A DNA stretch of 63,803 bases, filler included, from Octopus bimaculoides (Eukaryota): NCBI RefSeq assembly GCF_001194135.2. It is 4 parts of 4 records of this genome, joined end to end, with 100 filler letters (N's around TTAATTAATTAA, not from the genome) between each part and the next. Parts side by side here need not be neighbours in the genome. Positions count along the whole stretch, not along the records: positions 27,240 to 47,333 come from NC_068983.1; positions 47,434 to 62,502 come from NC_068982.1; 2 more parts are not named here. The stretch is one strand, 5' to 3'. Below the pieces are notes generated by a model. That model saw only the letters and a list, made by a program, of their open reading frames with translations, did no database searches and was not told the origin of the DNA. Both the position numbers and the translations under genes were made by a program. How positions within the stretch are numbered: position 1 is the stretch's first letter; every line of letters starts with the position of its first letter. Positions 37,280-49,774 of this stretch are shown here, in pieces.

Positions 37280-38915
37280 ATCTTTTGCCTTTTCTACTCT
37301 AGGCACGAAGCCCGAAATTTTTGGGGAGGGAACCACTCGATTAGATCGACCCTAGTACACAACTGGTACTTAATTTGTCAACCATGAAAGGATGAAAAGC
37401 AAAGTCGATCTCGGTGGAATTTGAACTCAGAACGTAAAGACAGACGAAATATCGTTAAGCATTTCACCCGCGTGCTAACGTTTCTGCCAAATCGCCGCCT
37501 TTTTTTGGCTTTCTATGTTATGACTTCTAGTGTACTGTATCAGCCTACTCTATTACTGTACTGTATCAGTACAGTAATATTATTATGTTCAATTGCCGTG
37601 CGGTTATACTACTACTATACTGTTTCACTGTACAGTATTACTGTACTTGTACTCTATTATTATATTTCACTGTACAGTATTACTATACTTGTACTCTATT
37701 ATTATAGAGAATTAATTCCAGTTTACTATTGATATACAGCATTATTGCTACTGCACTTTATTATTGTACTGAAATTACACTATGACTGTACTTTACTCTC
37801 CTGTATCACTTCTTGTATCACTCTTTTACTTTCTTTGTATTGTAGCACTGATCAATATTGCTATGTCCATTTTATTGTGTAATATTGGTTTCAAATTTTA
37901 GCACAAAGTCACCGGTTTGTAGAGAGGGACTAATTCGTTTAAATCAATCCCAGTGCTCAACCGATGCTTATTTTCATCGACCCCGAATGAATGAAAGGCA
38001 GAATCATCTTCGTCGGAATTTGAACTCAGAACGTAGAGACGGATGAAATGCCTCAAAACACCTTGCCCGGCATGCTAACGATTCCGCCTGCTCGCTGCCT
38101 TTTTTTTTATAGTGTAATATTAATTTCAAATATTAGGCGGCGAGCTGGCAGAAACGTTAGCACGCGCGGGCGAAATGCTTTGCGGTATTTCGTCTGTTTT
38201 TACGTTCTGAGTTCAAATTCTACCCAGGCCGACTTTNNNNNNNNNNNNNNNNNNNNNNNNNNNNNNNNNNNNNNNNNNNNNNNNNNNNNNNNNNNNNNNN
38301 NNNNNNNNNNNNNNNNNNNNNNNNNNNNNNNNNNNNNNNNNNNNNNNNNNNNNNNNNNNNNNNNNNNNNNNNNNNNNNNNNNNNNNNNNNNNNNNNNNNN
38401 NNNNNNNNNNNNNNNNNNNNNNNNNNNNNNNNNNNNNNNNNNNNNNNNNNNNNNNNNNNNNNNNNNNNNNNNNNNNNNNNNNNNNNNNNNNNNNNNNNNN
38501 NNNNNNNNNNNNNNNNNNNNNNNNNNNNNNNNNNNNNNNNNNNNNNNNNNNNNNNNNNNNNNNNNNNNNNNNNNNNNNNNNNNNNNNCATATGACCCGAA
38601 ACTTTTGGGGAGGGGGCCAGTCGATTAGGTTGACAGCAGCACGCAACTGGTACGAAATATCGCTTAGCATTTCGCCTGGCGTGATAATGTTTCTTATTTC
38701 TTTATTGCCCATAAGGGGCTACACATAGAGTGGACAAACAAGGACAGACAAAGGGACTAAGTCGATTACATCGAACCAGTGCGTAACTGGTACTTAATTT
38801 ATCGACCCCGAAAGGATGAAAGGCAAAGTCGACCTCGGCGGAATTTGAACTCAGAACGTAACAGCAAACGAAATACCGCTAAGTATTTCGCCCGGCGTGC
38901 TAACGTTTCTGCCAG
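37280..38915. mobile_element. Family-A SINE cluster (4 copies) with TAC-rich degenerate minisatellite
   Basis: Copies at about 37280(-), 37890(-), 38135(+) and 38590(-); tandem duplication TTTCACTGTACAGTATTACT.TACTTGTACTCTATTATTA at about 37622-37705. Confidence 0.7.
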
Positions 38916-40689
38916 TTCGTCGGCTTTTTATTGTATAATTATACAACCAATGATCTTGTATTGCTATACCCTTTTACTCTACAACTCTCACTCTACTGTA
39001 TTATACACAGATTATATTGCGTTCCGAACCAGTGATACAGTAAAACTAGATATGCATTGACGTATTTTATGTTTCAGTTTATATAATATGCTTTAGTAAT
39101 TTTACAACATTGATCTAATTGTAGTTTCCGGTAATGCAATGTAGATGGATTATCTTACGTCCTGTATATGAGTAATTAATAGAACTACTCTAATACAATG
39201 TTTTTTTCATAGGAAAACAGACCACCCTAAGGGGGATATGAGGATTGATAAGAAGACGGTCAAATTGCCATGTTTAATAAGATATGACAAGGGTATAAAA
39301 TGTCTTCTTACTGAAACAGAATGATCAAATTTTTTACTTTTATTTGTTGTGGAAAACGCTAGTACTTATAATTTTGAGAACCATTGCTGTAACGCAAACA
39401 TTCTCTCTTTGTTCAAACGCTCCTTTTACACCGACACTGCTGACACAGTTCAAATTGTTTTTATGCTGAATTATACACGTCCGTCAGTACACATTTGTCA
39501 ATAGTCTCACCTACCAGTATTTCTATCAGACCCATCAAATGTCAAACTGTCTTGATCGTTTTTGAACTTAGAAACCACACTTCGCTCACCCACTACATAA
39601 CTATTCGCATCGGATTGTCTGTTTACAGTCTAATCAAAATAACACACCTCAAATCATCTTACTGTTCAAGGACCTCTACCTCCGAACCGATCAACTAACT
39701 GTTAAAAGCTCCACCTATTCTACGCAGACTTTCCTCGGCAGCAAATGTGTTTCAGTTTTGACCATAGGAGAGAACTAAAATGGACACCGATAAACAAACT
39801 TATAGATATTACCCTTCGTAATAGTCAGATTCTTCAAGCACTCATCACTCTCATTCACAGGTGGTTCACGCTGCTCTTTTTGCAGATATAAAGGCGAATA
39901 ACAAACTTTACGTAATTTAGAACTGAGCAGCTATCGCCACCAAATGTTGCGGGTTACTACCCTTAAATTCGTGCATCTCACGTTCTACAAGTACTCTCGC
40001 CTCCCAAACTGTAGTTGAGCCTTCTAGACAGATTTTTTGCGACTTCGCAGAATCCTACTCATTATTCACAAACCAAGATAACTCTGTATGTTTTATAAAT
40101 AGTTTCTCAGGAAATTGAAAACTTTGATGATGTTGATCTTCTAAATGTTTCTCATAATTGAGAATTGTTCACCTCTGAGTGTTGTTTGTTATCCCTTCTT
40201 AACTTATAAGTTTTCTATCTGACCTCACTTTTGCAGTATGTACCGATGAAAATCTCTCTAATCCATCCTTTTGCCGTTATTTCTAATCAAGAGATGTGGA
40301 ATGGTAGAATCGATAGAACTTCGGAGAAAATATCTTATGCTATTTAATACAGTTCTATATTTAAGAGATGAGGAATTATGTAAACTATTTTAACTGTTTT
40401 AACTCTGTGTGAATATATGTGTGTGTATGTAAAGGGGGGGGGGGGTATGTGAATGTGTGTGTGTGTGCTATGTGTGCTTGTGTGTGTATATGTGCGTGCG
40501 CGCGCAATGGAATGTGTGTGTGTGTGCTATATATACACACACAATGGAAGTGGAATGGTTCATCTTTGCTCGCTTAGCATTTGGGCTTACTTTTTGATTT
40601 TGTTGAATCTTGATTGTTTTTTTTTCTGTCAGTTATTTTTAGCGCTTTGACAGTAAAAAGTCATTCTAAAATTGTTCTTTAACGTAAGT

Positions 40690-40776
40690 GTGGCCAAACA
40701 AGTCGAATGCTTACACAGAGCAGGTTTTATAGCCACATCCTCCAAACCGACCGGATGAAACCGGGCTTAGCTGCTA

Positions 40777-40777
<1 letters not shown>
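40690..40777 (+). mobile_element. Helitron-like 3' terminus
   Basis: GC hairpin CCGG-ATGAAA-CCGG (40751-40764), then CTAG at 40774-40777 followed by T(AT)n. Confidence 0.5.
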
Positions 40778-40814
<37 letters not shown>

Positions 40815-40905
40815 NNNNNNNNNNNNNNNNNNNNNNNNNNNNNNNNNNNNNNNNNNNNNNNNNNNNNNNNNNNNNNNNNNNNNNNNNNNNNNNNNNNNNN
40901 NNNNN

Positions 40906-40959
<54 letters not shown>

Positions 40960-41339
40960 GGTGTGAATATATATATATGTATAAATATATAACACCTATT
41001 TTCATTACATGACTACCCAATATTCCTTAGCTTTTCGTAAATTTCAATATTTTAATATTTTTCGTATATTGTAATATTTTACCAAGTATTCATATATATT
41101 ATATATTGTGTGGTATGTTATTTATTTATTACTATGAATGTATTTCCTCTGACCTCAATGTGGGTACTTAATATAGTAAAGAGTAATAATGTCTATAGAC
41201 TTAGCATCTAATTTGTAATATAGATTTCGCTTCAATAATTTCACTGATTGTCAAATATTATATATTGTGTGCTTTGATATATTATATGTTATATATAATA
41301 TATAATATATTATATATTGTATATTATATCTCAATACCA

Positions 41340-42000
41340 GATATTTATTCTAAAAGCTTATGTTAATATTCAAATTTTGAAATATATGGAGAGTAATTGT
41401 TACAAACTAATAGCTCTTCGTATTTTTTTATGTTTTAGACGGTTACCTCCCTTTAGCTATATTCCATAAAAGTGATAATTTTTTTTCATTTAGATAATTA
41501 TTTTTTCAATTAGAAATTTATCTTAGAAGTATTCATAACAGAATACCAGATTCTTAACCGTAAGTCTTTATTTACTATCCCCACTTAGTATTTAAAGTCC
41601 ATTGGACACTTTATTCCTTGAATATTTTAAATTTGTTTCGTATTTTATTGATAACTAACTGACCCAAACAACGCTATTGCTTTTAAATATTAGCTGACCA
41701 ATTAATTTTTAGGATTGACATTGGACTTACTCTACTCATCATAGGGGTATTATGAGGAAAAGTTTTGTTAGTAAAGAATAACATCACACTTAATTTATAC
41801 CCCAATTATATCTTCATTGATATAATTACGTATTGACTTCCCCAACTATATTTACATTAACTAAATTGTATTGCTATTCTATTGCATAGTTTTTAGTTCT
41901 ATGTTATATGGATCATCTCATTAACCTCAACCTATAACGTTTTATATCTATTATATCCCCCATTAGATTGAAATAAGATGTGATCTCACAGCCTCTGGAT
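41340..42000 (-). mobile_element. Possible very decayed Penelope-like element
   Basis: Weak resemblance of minus-strand translations near 41750-41960 to the PLE GIY-YIG region; adjacent to a hammerhead motif. Confidence 0.25.
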
Positions 42001-42081
42001 ATTATCTTGGAATTTACTTTTTTACTATTTTTTACTATTTTTTATTATTTTATTTTACTTTACTACTTGTTTAATTCTTGC

Positions 42082-42233
42082 CATTATGGACTCTCTGATG
42101 ATGCTTTGAGGTTCAATTCTTTGTCCAAATTTTGTTCAATTTGTGTACAATCTTTGTGTAATCTTGGTATGATGTGTCAACTTCGGCACGCTGGACCTCA
42201 AAGGAGAAACAGCTGTAAGAGTAGTGATAGTGT
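42082..42233 (+). ncRNA. Type I hammerhead-ribozyme-like motif, copy 3
   Basis: Stem I ACTCT/AGAGT (42090-94 and 42218-22); CTGATGA 42095-42101; 10-bp stem II CTTTGAGGTT/GACCTCAAAG; GAAA-C-AGCT-G-T-A 42206-42217. Confidence 0.7.
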
Positions 42234-42532
42234 TATATTCACTCATTCATTCTTATTTATTTATTTATTTATTTATATGATTGTAATCAATAAATGGATC
42301 TAGCTGATGTTTGTAAGCTGATGTTAGCCAATTAATTGTCTTCTCCATTCCCTTCCTTGCCTTATAAATTCTGGTTAAACATTTGTTTACCTCCACACAT
42401 ACCTATTATTCAATAGCACGATTGCCTTGCAACAGTAAGAATTTTGGATATATCTAGGTATACATCCAGTAGTATATTTGATATTTATTATCCCTTAGAT
42501 GGTTGTCTAACCTCTAACTCATATATACGTAC

Positions 42533-42630
<98 letters not shown>

Positions 42631-44004
42631 ATATTACTGCCTATCAGTGGATTAGGATGCGTAGAAATCCCATAATGGTAAAATTTATCAATTAATAATT
42701 AAGAGTACTAACAAGCAGTACCGGCATGCTAAATATACCAGTCAAAATGGCCAAACCACAAATTTTCACTTCAACACAAAGGTGAAAGTGAGCAAATGAA
42801 TAAAAATCTTAAAACCCCGTCCCAATAACGGAAACATTCGGAAATTGAAAAAGCCAAACATACTCGTATCACCGTGACTTCGAACTTTGAGAAAAACTCT
42901 TAGTTCATATTCAGCGAGTCTTACTGACCCCAGGTTTATAGAGATTACATATCTCGCCAATGTATACGATAACCGTTTTTAATGCTGCAGTAAATTTGAT
43001 TATCAATTGATGATTTTTTACCGTTATGGGATTTTTACGCATGCTGACCCACTGATATTATTATAAAGAATGATATCCTCATATATATTTAAATAATTTT
43101 TATTCACTTCGATCATCTTTTTTTTAAATTTACTGCGGCAATAAAAGCAGTCATCGTACATATTGGTGAGATAAATNNNNNNNNNNNNNNNNNNNNNNNN
43201 NNNNNNNNNNNNNNNNNNNNNNNNNNNNNNNNNNNNNNNNNNNNNNNNNNNNNNNNNNNNNNNNNNNNNNNNNNNNNNNNNNNNNNNNNNNNNNNNNNNN
43301 NNNNNNNNNNNNNNNNNNNNNNNNNNNNNNNNNNNNNNNNNNNNNNNNNNNNNNNNNNNNNNNNNNNNNNNNNNNNNNNNNNNNNNNNNNNNNNNNNNNN
43401 NNNNNNNNNNNNNNNNNNNNNNNNNNNNNNNNNNNNNNNNNNNNNNNNNNNNNNNNNNNNNNNNNNNNNNNNNNNNNNNNNNNNNNNNNNNNNNNNNNNN
43501 NNNNNNNNNNNNNNNNNNNNNNNNNNNNNNNNNNNNNNNNNNNNNNNNNNNNNNNNNNNNNNNNNNNNNNNNNNNNNNNNNNNNNNNNNNNNATACACAT
43601 AATTTTTCACGTCTGACCGCATAGCCTTTTCCGTTTGTTTTCCTTTCTTGTTTTTTGTCCGCCACTACATTCCTCCATGGCACAGGTTTAATTTGTGTAT
43701 ACAAATTTAATTTGCGGTCCATGGGAAGAGCCGTTTTAACGATGCGTCCTGCCCAACTCTTCGAAACGCCGGTGTTAAAACGGGGGTAGCTGATGAAGGA
43801 AAATGTTCTCTATGTGGCTTGTGTGTTTTCTGTACTCTGGTTATTATTATTTTCTTGTCTACGTTTTGTTTGCAATGTCCTGTACCCAGATATGCACCTA
43901 TATATACAGGTAGACGTAGGTATGCACATACCTGTACGTATATATGCATATACTCATTTATTATTTGTTATACATATATATGCATACATATATATTTACA
44001 TACT

Positions 44005-44081
<77 letters not shown>

Positions 44082-45631
44082 TTGGTTATGATGATTGCTA
44101 AGAATCAAAGCACATTAGGAGTGGGCTTTGAATGTCGTAGGTATAAACGGTGTCTGTGTTTAATTGATACGCACACTCACACACACATACATTTGAACAA
44201 TTTTATACTCTCATCGCTAGTCTTTCTCATATCGTATCTTAATGACAGCGTTCCCTATGCTGGCTACCATTTCTAAACATTTCTGAAATTGTCTAGTCAG
44301 CTTCTTCCTAGAAAATTCCAGAAACCGCATCTCTCTTTTCAGCACTTCCTTACATATTTTTTGCGTATACTTTATAAATCAAATTCTGTTTTACTTTCCG
44401 TCTTACCACTTACCCCTCGATTTCTTTTTAAACTTCAAATGAGGAGGCCAACATTTCTCATCATTCAAACGGACACTATATGCGTTTAAACACGCTTATC
44501 AACATATGAAAAAAAATCCAAAGAAAATCTGTTTTGATGTCTTCCTATGCTAAAATCGGTTGCCATGTTTCGGCTGGCGAGACAAGATGTCTGCCTGTAT
44601 TAGTAATAAGTTTACATGCAGTAGTAAAGCAAGTACCCTCTATGAACGAGCAACACTGTTCAATGAGTCGGCCAACCATCAGCCCCAAAGGGATGACATT
44701 TAGATCTCTCTCTTGTAAATGGCGCCAGTATTGACTACCATTCAGGTTGAATGCTTTCAGTTAGTTTCCTTCTATTCACAATTCTTGTCTGCTCCCTGTG
44801 AATTCTTTGATTTTTCTTTACAAATTTTCGCTAAGTGTATTTCCCTAACACATTTTAGAAAACCGTTTCTTTTTAACAATTTAATTACTACTGGAGGGAA
44901 ACTTCGCACGCACGCACACACATACAAACACACAGGCACATGCATGGATATACATATGCATATACAATATATTTCATATAAATATATGTATATATATAAA
45001 ATTTATCACATTCACACATACACACATATATATACACAAATACACACACACACACATGTATATGAATTTGAGTGTCTTTTCTTAAGTGTATATGTGTATA
45101 CCTAAATATATATGTTGATGCATTTTCGCATTTACTTCCTCACACATACATACATACATACATACATACATACACTTATGTAATATGTTTTATTGATCAT
45201 GTCTTATCACCAATGTTTAACACTCCATATGCTTAGTTATATTTCAAGAGATTCATACAGAAGATACCTACATATTCCATGATTCTTTCTGTAGTCCCAT
45301 TCCAGTATCATGACTGTAGAGCACAGATGTAAAACAAGTCTGGAGATTAATTTTTGCGTTTATTCCATACATCTTATTCGTGCTACTCTCAATCTCTCTA
45401 CCACTGTCTGTCTGTCTCACTCATTCTCTTTCTCTCTCTCCTTCACACATACACACGAAGCGCGCGCACCTACAAGTGTATAATTTGTTCAGAGTGATCT
45501 TTCAGACCTGTTATTCCGGAGCCGATCTGCAACGCATTGCCAATGTCACAGGCACGAACAGAATAGATCCTGTATATACATACAAGTACGTACATAAATA
45601 CATGTATACATACAAATATTCATATATTCAA

Positions 45632-46020
45632 CCGCATGGTTCCGAGTTCAGTCCCACTGCGTGGCACGTTGGGCAAGCATCTTCTGCAATAGCCTCGGGT
45701 CGACCAAAATTTTATGGGTGGATTTGATAGACTGAAATTGAAAGAAGCTCGTCGTGTACACACAAACGCACACACATAATTATGTGCGCGTGTGTGTGTG
45801 TGTCTTAGTGTCTGTGTTTGTCCTCCAGCCATCGCTTGACAACCGTTGTTAGTTTGATTACATCGCTGTAACTTAGTGGTTCGATATTAGAAACCGATAG
45901 AGGAAGTATTAGGCTAACAGAAAAAAATAAGACCTGGAGTCAATTTCTGCAACTAAAACCCCTTTAAGGCGGTGCTCTAGCATGACCACAACCATTTGAC
46001 TGAAACAAATAACAGAATAA
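45632..46020 (+). mobile_element. Family-D SINE
   Basis: Head CATGGTTCCGAGTTCAGTCCCACTGCGTGGCAC, body and tail as at 1806-2232. Confidence 0.8.
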
Positions 46021-46109
46021 CATAGATGCATGCATGCATACATATATACATACAAACGTACTCACATACATACATACATACACACATACATACATACACA
46101 CATACATAG

Positions 46110-46480
46110 AGATGAGTAACTGTGCTCAGCTATAGAAATTAACTGCCCAGCGGATCTAAACATATAGCTGAAGATCAGTGAAAGAGAGAACACCTATGCT
46201 GAACTATTGAGAAATCTACAGTTACTTTATCCAGATTACAAGCTCAGGTTTATACCTGTAATTATTGGAGCCTTGGGATATGTAACACACTGCTTTAAAT
46301 ATCAATGTTGAGAAATTAGGCTTCTCAAAACAAGAAAGGACAAAGCCAATTCGAAGGGTACAGATTCAATCCATCACTGGAACTGTAAAAATCTGTTAAA
46401 CTTTCCAGAAGTTTATCATTTAAATGTGTATGAGCATGTCTAGATATGTAACTCTATGCATGAGAATACATACATAAAAC
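46110..46480 (+). mobile_element. RLE-type non-LTR element 3' end with (TACA)n flanks
   Basis: IEINCPADLNI...SERENTYAELLRNLQLLYPDYKLRFIPVIIGALGYV...QIQSITGTVKI is an RLE C-terminus. Confidence 0.75.
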
Positions 46481-47170
46481 ATACAAATCAGCACATACAT
46501 ACATACATGCATACATACATACATAATGCATACATATATGCATACATGCATGCATACATACATACATGCATACATGCATACATACATACATACATACATA
46601 CATACATACATACATACATACATCTATGCATGCATGAGTACATATATATATATATACATTCATACATACAAACATACAAACAAAAATACCCTGTTGTTGA
46701 TGTTGAAATTCTACTGAAGGAGCCTTGAATCTAGGTTAGAAACCGGTTCTTTTTCTATTGGCAAGAAATCTTGAAATAAACTGAATAATGACATACATAC
46801 ATACATGCATACATATGTACATACATATATACAAGCATGCATACATGTATTTATACTTTCTGAAGGTTTAACACAGCTACAAATGAACAGTTCTAGACCT
46901 GAAACTATATGTATGATTATGCATACATAAAACAAAACGTACGGATCTGCACGCATGTTGACTGCAGATACTCGCACTCTCACACACAACCCTTTTGATG
47001 CAGTTGTAATTCCAATTATGTTGCCTCAGATGAAGTTTAGAAGCCCGATCGTTCTCCATTGGCAAGAAATCTAGAGATAAATTTAAACAGTAACTTACAT
47101 CAGATGGTCGCTCCCGTCGACATGCATATATTCATACAGAGACGCATACATACACAAACATATACATGTG

Positions 47171-47245
<75 letters not shown>

Positions 47246-47333
47246 GTGTGTGTGTGTGTGTGTCTGTGTGTGTCTGTGTGTGTGTGTCAGCAATTTAATT
47301 ATACACATGCTGTTGGCGATTTCTTTCCCTTTG

Positions 47334-47433
47334 NNNNNNNNNNNNNNNNNNNNNNNNNNNNNNNNNNNNNNNNNNNNTTAATTAATTAANNNNNNNNNNN
47401 NNNNNNNNNNNNNNNNNNNNNNNNNNNNNNNNN
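47334..47433. other. Unsized scaffold gap: 44 N + TTAATTAATTAA + 44 N (also at 27140-27239 and 62503-62602)
   Basis: The identical 100-bp pattern occurs three times, and the 12-mer encodes stops in all six frames; assembly linker. Confidence 0.9.
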
Positions 47434-47697
47434 ATCAGGGCAGCGCAAAAAGTTGTTTCACACAAGCATTTCTATAGCCAATTACACGGATGAAATTTAT
47501 GTATGCTTAATAATTTTACGCAAAACAGCCTTCAGACTTTCCCTATTAATTTCATCGTCTTTTGAATTATGAACATATTTACATCATAAGGGTTTTTTCG
47601 TTGTAAGGCTTTCTTTTTTAGTTGATTTTCAGCTAGCAAGACTTATCGTAGATGGCATAATAAGTCACACCCGGACAAGGTCGGGTTATACTGCTAG
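47434..47697 (+). mobile_element. Helitron-like non-autonomous 3' end
   Basis: Hairpin ACCCG(G)AC-AAG-GTCGGGT at 47669-47686, then CTAG at 47694-47697 followed by T(AT)n. Confidence 0.6.
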
Positions 47698-48743
47698 TAT
47701 ATATATATATATATATATATACAAGTCAGGTATCTGCAATTGAAGCAGCATCTAATTATAAAATAGCCATCCATATCTCATACTAAATAGGACAGTTACT
47801 GCAGTATTTGCACTGAGATAACAGCAACAACAACAGTAGTAGCAAAGGCAATGACCAGACTGTTGCCATTGTAGCCTTAAATGACCAATAAAGAGGCAGG
47901 GTTAACATATTTAAACAAATGGACAACAGAAGGAAGGAGTCATGGGGAGAATAAATACTGGATCTACAGTGGTCTACCATATTACAGAAAAAACAATCGA
48001 AAATAAGTTAAAAAACAGCATCACAAGATCTGACCTCCCTGTTAGAACAATTAGACAGGCCCACACATTCACAAACTAGCTCTCACACAACACCACTACC
48101 AATGACACACCAATCGACAGTATCTGGCTGTGTTTAAGATCAAACACAGTATATCAAATGTTATGTTCTAGTGGAGTGACAAACACAGGATCATCCATAA
48201 GACACCTTTACCATAGAGTAAACAAGCATTTCTACAAGGCCACACCACCAACTCTGTAAAGTTGGATTTATTCACCCAAATGCTAGCAAAGTGATGGATA
48301 CTGTCAACCTCAGGATTACAAAGGAACACTTCATTAGGAGAAAAAACATCAAGCCTGAACCACCATAATGAGCTAGATGTATAGAAATACATTTACTGCC
48401 TCCAGAAGTATTAATTGGCACAAACAAACATTAAGGAAATTAAGTAATTTTTTTTAAAAGTCTGAATCTTCATTTCAGAGAGCTCACAACAAAACTATCA
48501 CCAAGCAATAAGGATTGCTCCAGGTTACATGCTATACATAGGGTAATCTATCTATCTACTTTTATATCTTTAAACCTTTTAGAGAAAATTAAAATCCTTT
48601 ATACTTTCTTGTACTTTACTACCCATTATTGTCTTTTGTTTCATTTTGTCTTCCTTACCCTCCCCTACTAATGGCACTATCCTGTTATCTTATTACCTTA
48701 TGAATACAATTCTTATCCTAGTTCTCAACCACCAGCAATATAT

Positions 48744-48749
48744 TTTATT
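48744..48749 (-). promoter_or_regulatory. Candidate polyadenylation signal AATAAA of the coiled-coil gene
   Basis: 60 nt downstream of the TAG at 48811-48809. Confidence 0.4.
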
Positions 48750-48808
48750 TGTGCAACTGCTTCTAACTTGCAACTTGATTGAGGGTTTATGTTTGTATGT
48801 TATTTGGC

Positions 48809-48940
48809 CTATTGCCTATAAAGATCAGGATGACACTTAAGAGACCATTGCAAAGTACTCTCAGGCCAATGATATATAGGCATCTTATTAACAAAACATA
48901 AGTGATCCAAGAGAATTATTATGCTGCCCAGGATCACCGG
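48809..48940 (-). CDS. Coiled-coil gene, candidate terminal coding exon
   Basis: cttttctttaacag|CCG GTG...CAA TAG; phase 0; PVILGSIIILLDHLCFVNKMPIYHWPESTLQWSLKCHPDLYRQ*. Confidence 0.55.
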   Translation of the reverse strand, partial: PVILGSIIILLDHLCFVNKMPIYHWPESTLQWSLKCHPDLYRQ

Positions 48941-49128
48941 CTGTTAAAGAAAAGTATACACATCATATCAACAGCACACACAACTAAAGCATTATTCATT
49001 GTATCTCCCAAGATAACATGGAATATTGCACTTTCATACAATGTTGATGTAGTATATATTCATGACAACTTCACCAGTTACATGCAAAGCAACAATGAAA
49101 ATTATCAATATAACAGATACATACTTAC

Positions 49129-49269
49129 AGTTTCTACAGTACTTTGCAAAATATCTTTGAAATTGGTAAGATTAGCCAACATAGAATCTCTAGATTCTTC
49201 TGGGTTGCTATCAGGTGAATCACTGAGATGTTCTCTTTCACAAATGGGGGATGGTAAAAACTCACCAAC
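49129..49269 (-). CDS. Coiled-coil gene exon (141 nt, phase 0-0)
   Basis: attacttttag|...|gtaagt; VGEFLPSPICEREHLSDSPDSNPEESRDSMLANLTNFKDILQSTVET; the other two frames contain stops. Confidence 0.8.
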
Positions 49270-49550
49270 CTAAAAGTAATATTCATTATTTTAGAATTAA
49301 AGGACATATATGTAGAGGTTTTGACTTAAAGCAGCAAATATGTAGGAAGGTAAAGTAGTGAATAATTTTGAATAGGTTAGAGACTGAGTTGATAAAATCA
49401 AAAGAAAAAAGATCCTTTTAAAACACTAGAACATAGAAAGAGATACAACTTAATAACCAATGAAAATGGCAGTTAATAAAGTGTAAAGTCTTTATTGAAT
49501 ATAATTTAAGAATGTTAGAAGAAAATACTAAGAATACTTATTTCACTCAC

Positions 49551-49704
49551 CATTCCTTTTAACTCCGTACTAAGAGTGTTGTTAGATTGGTTGAATGAAA
49601 CATCACTAAGTGCTTTATCAGTAATATTTTTTTGTTGATGAAAATCCATGTCTTCTTCAATGACAACAGGCAAAATTGGGCAGGCTACACCCTCAGGAAA
49701 TTTA
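49551..49704 (-). CDS. Coiled-coil gene exon (154 nt, phase 2-0)
   Basis: ctatacctcag|...|gtgagt; KFPEGVACPILPVVIEEDMDFHQQKNITDKALSDVSFNQSNNTLSTELKGM. Confidence 0.8.
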
Positions 49705-49774
49705 CTGAGGTATAGAATTAAAGAAAACTTTTTAACAACTTTATATTACTAAACATAGTAATTATTATGTTTAT

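Noticed and set aside
44560-44695. Minus-strand CTGAT-GGTTGGC...GCCAGCC-GAAACATGG
   Set aside because: A stem II is plausible, but the core lacks A9 and U16.1 and no stem I pairs; chance or too decayed.
46714-46752. CTGAAGG-AGCCT...AGGTT-AGAAACCGGTT hammerhead-like string
   Set aside because: The core spacing is off and there is no stem I; more likely a LINE 3' UTR hairpin.
47780-48520. Coding-like non-repetitive stretch downstream of the coiled-coil gene
   Set aside because: All frames have multiple stops and there are no consistent splice sites; probably an old LINE remnant that I cannot classify.
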